Of a stretch of DNA of 64,000 bases, positions 44,978-56,279 are shown piece by piece. Position numbers and translations under genes: made by a program. Source of the DNA: Cyanophora paradoxa CCMP329 (Eukaryota; Plantae; Glaucophyta); NCBI GenBank assembly GCA_004431415.1, contig QPMI01000499.1:186001-250000 (forward strand), read 5' to 3'. The notes beneath the pieces are model-generated. The model had not been told where the DNA came from. It did no database searches and saw nothing but the letters and a program-made list of their open reading frames with translations. Numbering within the stretch: the stretch's first letter is position 1; every line of letters starts with the position of its first letter.

Positions 44978-47900
44978 TGTGCCGCCCACTTTCCGACTCC
45001 CAGCTAGCCCTGGTCGTCGGCTCTAAGCCGGCAGCTTGCCTTGCCTTGTACCCTTTGTAGCCTGCTATTCCTGGTGCCACGTTGTTGCCAACTGGCCCGC
45101 TTATTTTAGCCCTGGGCCCTCGCTTGCCCTGCGCGGCGCTCGCTTGCTGGCTGTCGTTCTCGTCCCTGTTCTCTGTACTTGCTGTCTTACGCCGGCTCTG
45201 CGCCTGCTGTGTACGTAATGGCACCCGCTTGCCGTCGCCCTACGGTGCTGTACGGGCCTGTCCCTCCCTGCTTGGGGCGCCTCTGGGCCTAGCCAACTGC
45301 TTAGCGCATCCCGCCCAGCGCATGGGGGCTGCTGCGTTGGGCTTCGACTTTTTAGCTCGTATGCCTGGGGACGAACGCTGCGCTCTTGCCCGAACCCCTG
45401 GACAAGCACGCCATCGTTTGCCTTGGCTTGCGCGTACGGCCTCCACTTTCTTGTAGTGGGAAGCGCCTATGCGGCAGAGCTTAGCAATACGAACCGCATG
45501 GTTCATGCCTTTCCACCCGCCACTGCGCCTTTCTTGCTTACGGACCTGGCGCACCACTCTTTCTGTAGTGGGAAGCGTCCGCCAACCCGTCTATTGAGCC
45601 GCATGCGCTCACAGTCATCTAAACGTGCCGTGGCTGCGCTCAAGAGCAAATGCTGATGCAGCCGCGCGCATGTCGAGTGAAACTGTATTGCATTGTATCG
45701 GGGGACGACACCACAACGTACTACTAAATGTATTGTATGTGGAGCAACACCCTCTACATCTACACACGTCGTCATACCGATCGAATTGCGTGTTGACGCC
45801 GATCGAATGATGATCTTCTTGTCGTCGTGGCATGTCGTTTCTTCTCTGGTCCACGTGCAGTGAGACGTATGATGATAAAAGCTCTCTGAATGAGTATTCT
45901 TCATGAACATACCTTCTTTTCGTCGTCGTCTTGTTTTGTCGAGTTGCCCGCATGCTCGTGACATGCCAGGCTCGCAAGGCAGCTATGAAGCGCCGGTCAA
46001 TCAATCTTTTCTCTCTGCAGAAAGTACAGAGTCAGCCCGCCAAGACGTGAATGCCCTGGGATAACATGGCCCCAGTACGCGCCCGAGGTCTCACCTACGA
46101 CGGCTGCGATGGCACCTCTGGCTAGCCCGAGGCACGCTCAATGGTGGCGAGTGTATCTGAAGAACGCATGGAGTCAAACCGCTGCGACGTGAAAGCCCCT
46201 GGGATAACATGGCCCCAGTACGCGCCCGAGGTCTTACCTACGACGGCTGCTGTGGCGCCTGCGGACCTCCCGAGGCACGCTCAGCGGCGGCGAGTGGCAT
46301 CCCTCGTGAGGATCACTCCACTTGACTCCACCCTGCATCCAGAGGACGTGCGGCTCCGCGTCTCTCTCGGCTCTGCGGGTTGCGTACGCGTCAGTGGAAG
46401 CCGGCGCAGCTCCACTTGACAGCGATCTCTATGCGAGGAAGCGCATCTATCTGTTGTCAAGTCTACTGTGCGCGCTGTCGCACCTAGACGGTAGACAAGA
46501 TGCCAAGACCTTGCCCTGGCTCCGACGACGTAGCTGCCCTTCTCCGGGACGTCCAGCTCGTCAAGCCAGATGTCAGTCGCTTCACGCACATCTCACGCGT
46601 GTGCGGACTGTCGTTCTTTCCTGTCGGGGCGTTTGATCAGCGACCGAGGCCTGTTCAGCGGGCGGAGGTCTGACCGAGGCCTGTCCGGCGGGCGAAGGTC
46701 AACAGAAGCGTAAAGAATGCGCTCTGGAACGTCCTACGACGACGTGAGCAGCCATAGCTAAAGTTGGACGGCGGACAGCGGACCTGTCTGTTGAAGAGCG
46801 TCAGCAAGCAGCACTGGGTGATGCCCCGCGACCAGTCTTCACGCTCGCGCGTCGACTGCGTCGGCCCGTTGGGTGATTCCCGTGCTTCGGTTGAACCTGG
46901 CAGCTGGGTGATTCCAGCTGGACGCCAGCGCTGTTTCGGTCTGCTTAGCTGTGGGTGATTCCACGCTGACCAAGCCAGCACGCACCGGCGCTCTAGTCCG
47001 GGTGCTTCCGACCAAGCCTCCGCTTGCGACTCTCCGCTGCTGAGAGGTCCATACGTCTTGCCTACGACTATCACGCGAGCACCGATGATCATTCCGGGCC
47101 GCGCTGATGCTGTCTCCTGTCCCGCGATGGTGGCCTGCCTAAGCCCTGGCTACGCGCTGCATCTGCGTACGCCGGCGGACTCGATAGCTGTGTCCGTGGT
47201 TTGCCATCCCGTCTGATCGTGGAAGATCCTTGGCGATGGGTCTGTATGATGCGACCAGTGGCCTGCTGCTGCTGCGGAGCCTGACCCCGTACGACTGGCT
47301 CGCCGCCTCTACTCTTCATGGCTTGCCTGCTCTACGCGTACGCGGCTGCACACTCTACTGTGCTGTCCGATCGCCCCGCCTTGTGACTCCGCCGGCCGAG
47401 TCACTTGGCAACGCAATGCGGCAAGCTGCGCCGAGCTTGGCCCGCAACGCGTACTCTGCCGCTGCGGCTCTGCTGATCGAGCCTGCGGTCCTACACTCCT
47501 ACATTCTACATCAAGTACCTTCTACACTGTGGAACTTTCGACCCGGCGCCGCCGCAGCCCGGCGGCTTGCGGCGCGGCGCCGGTTTCGAATTCGAGCTTA
47601 GTGCTAGCGCTAGCACTCGTTTTCCCCTCCGGCGGGATTTAGAGGGTTTGCCCCCGGTTGGCTGGCGGCGCTCCGCGCGCTCTGGCGTCAGGTCGTGGGT
47701 CCCTCACCCAACTTTCCTTGTTGGGCCCAGTTCCTCATACTGGTGCCGACGGCCTGATGGATTTTAATTTGCCCCTCTGGCCCGCCCGCTGTGGCGCCGA
47801 GGACGGCTTTCTGTGCAGGGACGGTAGCCGGCTTTTGGCCCAGTGGCTCGTAGTCCGTTCAGCCTCGCCTACGCAGCTTTAGTTCAGCCTTTAGCTCGTA

Positions 47901-48277
47901 GCGCCGAGGACGGCTTTTTGTAGCGGGAAGCGTGTGCCGCCCACTTTCCGACTCCCAGCTAGCCCTGGTCGTCGGCTCTAAGCCGGCAGCTTGCCTTGCC
48001 TTGTACCCTTTGTAGCCTGCTATTCCTGGTGCCACGTTGTTGCCAACTGGCCCGCTTATTTTAGCCCTGGGCCCTCGCTTGCCCTGCGCGGCGCTCGCTT
48101 GCTGGCTGTCGTTCTCGTCCCTGTTCTCTGTACTTGCTGTCTTACGCCGGCTCTGCGCCTGCTGTGTACGTAATGGCACCCGCTTGCCGTCGCCCTACGG
48201 TGCTGTACGGGCCTGTCCCTCCCTGCTTGGGGCGCCTCTGGGCCTAGCCAACTGCTTAGCGCATCCCGCCCAGCGCA
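44978..48277 (+). mobile_element. Non-autonomous LTR retrotransposon
   Basis: 345-bp apparently identical LTRs 44978-45322 and 47933-48277 with TG...CA ends. AGAG TSD. PBS TGGGGGCT (tRNA-Pro-like) directly after the 5' LTR and a purine-rich tract before the 3' LTR. No pol motifs inside. Confidence 0.85.
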
Positions 48278-48449
48278 AGAGGGCACTCGCAATGCTCAGG
48301 CAGCTTATATAAGAGTGTTTAGCACCAGAACCGCGCGGCAACGCTCCTTCAACGCGTGGTTTCGCGCTTCTATGAGGAAGTAATTATTAATCTACTGATA
48401 ACTAATTATTAACTATTAATAATGATTCTTATAAAGTCCCATTTTTGGA

Positions 48450-51400
48450 GTTATTATTATTTTTTTTTTGGTGAATTACCGGCCACAGTCTCTAGACACC
48501 AGCACTGCGGGGGCTGCCCAGGGGGCATAGAGACAAAATAGCAAAATAACTAAGACAAGAGCACGAAGAAAGATAAGACAAAGAGCCAAAATCGACAATA
48601 AAAAAGGAAAGACACAGAGCTCGAGACAGATCGATTGCGAGAAGAGACGATAAATCGAGCAGATCTAGGGACAGAGGATAACTGACACGAAGAAGAGCCA
48701 GAGCTAGAGGATAACTGACACGAAGAAGAGCCAGAGCTAGAGATACCATCAATATCAGAAGGAATTACATCACTAAGAAGCGGGGGACAAAATTGAGAAA
48801 GATAAATAACAGGAAGAAGACAAGTAAGAGGAACAACAAGACGACATGGAGGCGGAGGCGAAGCAGGACGATGCGAAAGGGCAGAGCTACGGCACGAGGT
48901 CGAGGAGGACACAGGAGGCGGAGCAGGCGGATCAAGAGCAGGCAAAAGAACAGTCAAAGGAATCACTAAAGCCGGCCGGGGTCGAGGCGGGCAATCGAAC
49001 TGCAAACGACGGCGAACAACAGGTCGAGCACGAGGACTATAGCTAGTATTGAAACTAACTCTAGCATCAACACTACGATCAGAATCCGAACCAGACCGAA
49101 CTAAACTAGAAGACGAAGAAGTACGCCGGCGCCGGCGGGATACGATCGCGACCAGCGAAGCAGAAGACAAGGACAAAGGCGGTAGTCCGGTATCAAGAAC
49201 AAAGGCCGGAGGGTCCGGCCCGGCAAACCGCCGGGGGAAGTAGAAGGAGCCGCAGGCTCGGCAAGCCGGCGACGGGTACGACCACGAGTCCGGAAGGAGA
49301 TCGGGGAAGCCGGTCCCGGAGCTGAGGGCCCAGGAGCAGAGCCAGGAGAAGGTAAGCCCGGCGAGAAATCTGACCCGGAGCCGGAACCCAGCGAACGACG
49401 ACGACGAAGAGGCCCCCGAGGAGCCACGACGGGGGAGCTACCGAGCAAAGTACTGACAGCCGGCGCCGAACACGGCGGCGGAGGTACCCCGCAGACAGTG
49501 GCAGGCGGAGAGTCCAGGGTCGATCGAGAGATCCGCCGACGGGAATGCGGCGGGGGCCGACGAGACGGAAGAGGCGAGGAGGGGCCGAGGAAGGGTCGGA
49601 GGCAGGGGAAGGGCCACGAGCAGGTGACGGGGATCGCTGCCGGCGCCGAAGAGAGGGCAGCAAAGCAGGAGAAAGGTCGGGTGGCGCCGGAGCAGATGAC
49701 ACGGAGGTCATGGCCATGGGCGGTGCAGAGAGAGACGAGCTCGAGGGCGCAAGGGCCCGACGAGGGCGCCGGCGGCGAATCTCACGAGCGCCAGGAAGCG
49801 GGATAGGACCCGCAGATGGGACCCGAGGCGCCGAAGGGGGAGCAGGGAGCCGGAATGACGGGGAGATCGAAAAGAGGACAGTCTCGCCAACACTCGGAAG
49901 CGGGGCAGAGGCCGAGGACCCGGAGCTCGAGGGGGGGAGGGAGGGCGGAGGAGGAGAGAGGAGGCGGCTATTCGAAGGGTATGGAGAATCGAGAGCGGAG
50001 GCGAGGGAGGCCGAAGTGATGGCGAGCTCTGGAGGCGAGGGGGCCTGCAAGCGGATCCGGGAAAGTGGATGCAGACGCAAAGAGACCGGGGACGTAGAGG
50101 CGGGAGGGGCATGCAAAAAGATAGTGCCGCCCAGCGTCACAGTTGCAGAAGCGGGGGCAAGAAGGATGGGCTGAAGAGGGGCTGAACCAGGAGGACGTCA
50201 GAAAGAGGGCCTCGCAGGGGCGGAAGTGGAGGAGCAAGGGAAGAGGTAAGAAGGGGTATGGAGCTGCAAGATGACCAGGGACCTGCCGGGGAACAGGCAA
50301 GTGAAGAGGCCCCGTGACAGCAAGTTGTAAGGAGGGAGGAGGCAGAGGCGGGCCAGAGGGCCAAGGAGCACAGGGATCGGGACCGCAGGGAATGGGGGGA
50401 AAGGAGCGTCGAGAGGGGCAGCGAGAGCAGGAATAGGAATGGGCCCAAGGGTCACTACAGGGGCCAGAGCAGGAGGGACGGCGCAGGAGGCGGGCGACCA
50501 CCAGGGATCCCCAACGGGACATTCCCACGAACGGCAAACTCCGCAGGATTCCGGAGGACAGAATCGATGTCACGCGAAGAGACGAGGTTGTCAGCACCGC
50601 CCGAAGAAGGAGCGCCGGACGAGTCAGAATCAGAGCTTGAACTAGAACGATGAGAACCGGTACCAGACTCTGAATCATGTGCGTCATCATCCGAGGCAGC
50701 CTGATCATCAGCGTCAGCAGCAGCCAAGCGAGCGCGCCGCTCCTCCAACAAGGCCGAAGCCTGCGAAAGGGTGAACTCGAGGTACGACATATTTCTGTCC
50801 CAGGCGGCAACAAGCGCGGCGCGGTTGTAAGAAGGCGCATCAATGTCAGCCTCCTCAAGATCGCACCGAGCGCGAGCAACCTGTTGGATGGAAAATACGC
50901 CAGCAAGGATCGCTCCAAGTGAGCGAAGGCAGAAGGCGGGGTTAACTTTACTGCGCAAAATGGGCCCAGATAAATCCGGAACCGAGAGGATGTGGAAGAG
51001 AGAGAGCTCAGGCACTGCGACCTCTTCACGCTCATCCGGTGGAAGAGTAGAAGCCCAGAAATTCAGGCGCTCACGAATGAAATCCCAGAACGAACGAGAA
51101 AGCGGGCACTCAGAGAAAACGTGCGCGTGAGAGCGAGCAGATCCGTCATTACAAACCCGACAGAAACGACGGCGGGGCGACTGTTGCTCGCCCAAACGAT
51201 ACAATTTGAAATGCAAACGGTAAAGAGCATCGATCCAAAGCATCGGGAAACACTGAAGGACGACAAGATTAGGAAGACGGGACGGAGACAAGGCGCCGGG
51301 AAACCCCCACTTAGCATCGGGCATCTGAGCGTGGCTAGACACATCGCGAAGCCGCTGGACCTCAAGGCAGTAGAAGCGACGAACAGAGGAGAGGCGGAGA

Positions 51401-52791
51401 GGGAGCATACGAGCGAAAGTGAACGCAAGATTATCAAGAGAAAGAAAGGCCGAAGGCCTGCGCCAAGAACAAAAAGGCCAGGCAGGGTCCGCGACGAAGA
51501 GAGAGGAAGACAGCGCTGAAGCAAACATGCAGCGGGAGCAAACGGGACAGAATTGAATTGGAGCTCGAGGATAGGCCCACAGGGTGGGAAGCCGCAGGGC
51601 GGCAAGGAACGCGCGGTATGTAGTCCAGCACCCGTGGAATTATCTGGTTATCGCGAACAGGGAAGGCAACAAAAGTACCACTTGGGCCTCGAAGGAGGGC
51701 AAACGAGGCGTCCGGTCCGGACCACCAGAGATGCTGAGGCGGCGATGCAGGGGCCTCGAGAACCTGGCGCCAAGTAGCCGGGAGCGCAGAACACAGACTA
51801 GGGAAAAAGGAGTGGAGGGCGGAGGAGGCAGCTGCTGGAGCCCGGAACCCCCGGGCAGCACAATCCCAGATATCGCAGACCCGCAGCAAGCCGGACCGTG
51901 CACAGCGACTCCAGTCGACCTCGTCGCCGGGAGTACTGAACAGAGGATTGAAGAAAAGAGGTTGGGATAACACTTCGGGAGAGTTACGAGGTTGACACAC
52001 GCCCTGGCGCTGAGCCCACTCGGAGAGAGTCCGCTTCCAAATAGGAGGCAAGTCAAGTCTGTCAAGTGGGAGGCGGAGCGAGACAAGGGCGGGGCCATAG
52101 GAAAAAGGTGCCAGCTGAGCGTCCAGTTTGCTCAAGAGGTACTCCTTCCAAGGAGCTGAACAAGAGGGGTCAGCGAGCAAGGCCACCCACTTCATTTTCA
52201 GCGATAACGAAAAAGCTCGAATATCCGGGCAGTTGAGACCACCTTGACGCCACGGCAGAGGAGAAATATACTTCGAAAGCTGCCCGCTCACGCCAGCAAA
52301 AGCGCGAAGCTTCTCTTGCCATGTCGAATACTGAGCATCAGGGGGTCAAGCAAATATAGAGCATAATGTAGGGACCCAATAAATACAGCCCAGGCAAGGA
52401 GAACGCCGGAACGCATCGGCATGCGATAAGTCTTCGCTTGCTGGACACGGATATCAAGAGCAGCGGTCTTTTTCCGCCAGAACCGAGACAGATCGGGCTC
52501 TAGTGGAAAGCCCAGGTATTTTCGAATTTTTTCAGCGGGAGGGAGATCCGTCACCTGAAGACGCCGCCAGGGGCAGTCCTCGACGCTAGGCCAGGCATGT
52601 GCGGGGATATCGCGGAGTGGAAGAAGGCTAGATTTCTCGAGATTAATAAGAGCTCCAGAGAGCCGGCAGTATTTATCAAAGCACTCTTTCCAGAAAGGCA
52701 ATTCGGTAAAAGACGAGATTAAAGGAACCGTGTCGTCTGCAAACTGGAGCACCTTGCAGTTATTATTAATTCCATCACTGGTTTCTGGCAC
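48450..52791 (-). mobile_element. 5'-truncated non-LTR retrotransposon (L1/Tx1-like)
   Basis: RT motifs VLQFADDT, INLEKS, KYLGFP, GGLNCPDI; zf-RVT CRVC..SHAHVFSECP..FW. A-rich/(TAA)n tail on the minus strand at ~48450-48469. Confidence 0.85.
50455..52791 (-). pseudogene. LINE ORF2 C-terminal half (RT + zinc finger), frameshifted and truncated
   Basis: ORFs 52288-52791, 51434-52291 and 50455-51528 carry consecutive ORF2 motifs. Confidence 0.8.
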
Positions 52792-52898
52792 TTTCTGCGG
52801 GAATTTTTTTCGAATATGAACAAAACAGTTCTTTCTCCTGCCGGCCCGGCGCCCGGCCGCAGGCGGCCCGCGCGCTAGCGCTGGGCCGGACCGCGCGC

Positions 52899-53297
52899 CA
52901 GTGCTGTCATTATAACGTCCCCGGAATTGGGACGTTGTAATGATGTCATTGTATCGACATTATAACGTTATAACGCATTATGATACATTATGATACATTC
53001 AATTTCCTTCACGGGTACCTCAGCGTCCGCAGAAGTGGTCGCTTGCTAGGACCGTCGGCGAGCATCTCAGGAGCTCGATATTGCTTCTAAGACGTTTTAT
53101 CATCGTTTTATTATCGCGAAGACGTTAAACTGCGGTGAAATACGTGGAATGAGGGGGTTCAAGGGGGGGGGTGAAAGACGTTATAATGACTGTACGTTAT
53201 AATTACGAACTCCAGGGTCGTTATAACGCGTTACCAGTATAACGTCACGTTATAACGTGTCACGTTATTATAATGAGTACCTTGTAATGACAGCACT
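52899..53297. mobile_element. MITE-like element with CAGTGCTGTCATTA TIRs (hAT-like ends)
   Basis: AGTGCTGTCATTATAA vs TTGTAATGACAGCACT (15/16 match); internal GTTATAAC subterminal repeats. Right half duplicated at ~53900-53987. Confidence 0.65.
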
Positions 53298-54045
53298 CAC
53301 AGCTCGTTTGTTTTCCTAATCGACTCGACATGCCCGTTCCCTTGTAATGAATTCGCACACACCGAGACAAATGGCTAGAGATGTAACTGAGGTGTCCATC
53401 TGTGTCAAGTCGAGAGATGAGCCTACGGGACTAAGCCTTTCGGACATCGGACCGGGTGGAGCTCGGATGTGGAAATAACTGGAGAAGCTACCCTGGGGGC
53501 TAAGTCTAGAGCTGCAGCACAGGAAAGATCCTACGCGGGAGAGGGAGTGACTACCCAGGGACGAGAGTAGAAATCAGAGGTGGGCAGCGAAGTGAGCTGC
53601 AGCTGTAGCTAGCGCTATGCTTAGTAAGCTAGGCCTCCGAGAAGGCGCACTATAATCTAGCCACTCTGTACACGCTACAGTACGGCCCGCCGTGTCGTCG
53701 GCACGGCGGGTCGGGTCGGGGGCTCGCTCGTGCGAGAGCAAGCCTGGTGGAGCCGCCGGGCTCAGAGCATCGGGGAAGATTGGTCGGGGGAAGGGGGGAC
53801 GGGGGCAGGGAGGAGGGCACGGCATGGGGCGAGGTTGGGCGGCGGGAGAGGACGGGGGAGGACCGGGTCGGGCAGCCGCGGTCGGGAGGAGGGAGGCTCC
53901 AACTCCGGGGTCGTTATAACGCGCTACCAGTATAACGTCACGTTATAACGTGTCACGTTATAATGAGTACCTTGTAATGACAGCACTCACAGCTCGTTTG
54001 TTTTCCTAATCGACTCGACATGCCCGTTGTATGGGCAAGGGTAGA

Positions 54046-55481
54046 TCATGAGCTAGCGGTGCAGCTGCGATATCGATATCGATGCGGGCCTGCTTCTATC
54101 TCAGTGCCGTACCCCCCGCCCGCTCAGCCGGGTCAGCCCCTGGGTTGGCAGCGCCTCACTTTCGATCTGCAGCTGGGCGCAGCGTGGTCGCTTCCGACGT
54201 CGAGTGACCGTCGTGACCCGACAGCGGTAGCGCAGCGTTCAGTCAGGTTCATTGAAGTTGTTGCAAATCCGGCGCGTACCACTTCGGCCGGGCTGTGCTG
54301 TCTCGAGCGCATTCTCGAACGGCTCGCCTCGCATCTTAGCACAAGCACTCGAAGATGAAGAGAAAGGCGTGCGATTCATTGGAAGGCCGGCTCGCGATGC
54401 TGAACGACGTTAGCGTTCATGTCCATGCGCACGTAGTAGTTCCCCATGAGCACCCTCTCGTCAATGCCCCCGTTTTCGTGAGCATTGAGTTTCTAGTCGT
54501 GCGGCTCCACTTTGAGCCTCACGCGCGCGTATGCGGCACGTGCACGCAGCTAACGCCGGTGCCGCGGCCGGCGCTCCTCAACCTGCCCGATCCGCTGCTA
54601 CTCCGCGTGATTCGGCTTGCGTGCACGTGTGAAGACGATTACGGCTCGGACAGCGATGGACCTGTGGACCGGCTCGAAGCAAAGCTCCGCTCCGCTCTCG
54701 CGAGCTCCGAGTCGCGCGATCGGCCGCCGCCGGGGGAGCCGCGTGTCGGCCTCCGGGAGCTGTGTCGCCTGCGCCGAGTCTGCAGGCGGCTCGCGGAGCT
54801 GGTGGAGGCGGGCGCCGAGGCGTCGCGGGCGCGGCTGGAGTTCGTCGTACGCGTCGGCGCGGAGACGCGCGAGGCGGTGGAGGCGGAGCTGGACTCGGTG
54901 TGCGCGGCCGTGGCCCGCATGGGAGGCGCCGAGCTTGAGGATTTCGACCTGCGGCTCTCCGGCCAGGTCCGTGCACGCGGCCCGCCTCGCTGACTCTGAG
55001 AGGCTCGCGGATCCTGACGCCCGGCGCGCGCGCGCAGCCCGGCCGCACCCTCCCCGCGTTCTCGCTGGCGCCGCTCGCCCGCTTCCGCTCCCTCCGCGCC
55101 CTCCGCCTGGATGCAGGCATCCTGCGCTCCAGCGCCCTCCTGAAGGCCGAGCACGTCGCGCCGCTCGCCTCCCTCCGCCAGCTCACCCGCCCCGACCTCG
55201 CGGGCGGCGTCGTGGGCACCCCCGTCAGCCACGCCGCGCTCAGCGCCCTCTCGCCGCTCATGAGCTAGCGGTGCAGCTGCGATATCGATATCGATGCGGG
55301 CCTGCTTCTATCTCAGTGCCGTACCCCCCGCCCGCTCAGCCGGGTCAGCCCCTGGGTTGGCAGCGCCTCACTTTCGATCTGCAGCTGGGCGCAGCGTGGT
55401 CGCTTCCGACGTCGAGTGACCGTCGTGACCCGACAGCGGTAGCGCAGCGTTCAGTCAGGTTCATTGAAGTTGTTGCAAATC
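54046..55481 (+). repeat. 224-bp direct repeats (54046-54269; 55258-55481) flanking an F-box-like gene fragment
   Basis: Apparently identical copies; the interior contains LLNLPDPLLLRVI (F-box-like). Confidence 0.7.
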
Positions 55482-55514
55482 TATATCTGCACTTTTGGAG
55501 TATTGCAATACCTT

Positions 55515-55915
55515 CGACAGAATCTGCGACAGAATCAGTCGATAAAATTCGACTGATTCGGTCGACCGATTCTGGCGCAAAATCAGTCGATCGACTGATT
55601 CTGTCGATCGACTGATTTTGTCGACCGATTCTGGCGCAGAATCAGTCGATAAAATTCGACTGATTCGGTCGACCGATTCTGGCGCAAAATCAGTCGATCG
55701 ACTGATTCTGTCGATCGACTGATTTTGTCGACCGATTCTGGCGCAGAATCACTCGATAAAATTCGACTGATTCGGTCGACCGATTCTGTCGCAGAATCAG
55801 TCGATCGACTGATTCTGTCGATCGACTGATTTTGTCGACCGATTCTGGCGCAGAATCAGTCGATAAAATTCGACTGATTCGGTCGACCGATTCTGGCGCA
55901 GAATCAGTCGATCAG
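55515..55915. repeat. Palindrome-rich satellite, 107-bp period
   Basis: GATAAAATTCGACTGATTCGG at 55541, 55648, 55755 and 55862; built from GAATCAGTCGA/TCGACTGATTC subunits. Confidence 0.9.
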
Positions 55916-56279
55916 TTGTGTTTTATCGTATAATAATTTCACCCTTATCTGTCGATCTATTTATTATATATATATAATATCAACTGAAATCAATTATAGC
56001 CAGTTCTGAAAAATATTGTGTTATATATAATTATACGCAGCCCTTGCTACCGCCTGCTGCATCCGTCCATATGCAGCAATCCTGGACTGGCCCAGGCGCC
56101 TTCCCGGACCCAGCGGTCCAGCATCCCAGCAGGCAGCACAAATAGCCCCCAGCAAATCCGTGTGAGGCAGCGTGGCACGGGGGCCTAGCAAGAGTAGCCA
56201 AAGAGACTAGTACTAGTACTACGTCGGCACGTCCCCCTGCGGCCCGCGGCCAGGGCAAAGGTCTCCGGCCAAAATTGAG

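Noticed and set aside
55515-55915. Palindromic repeats as a CRISPR array
   Set aside because: No unique spacers; pure tandem satellite.
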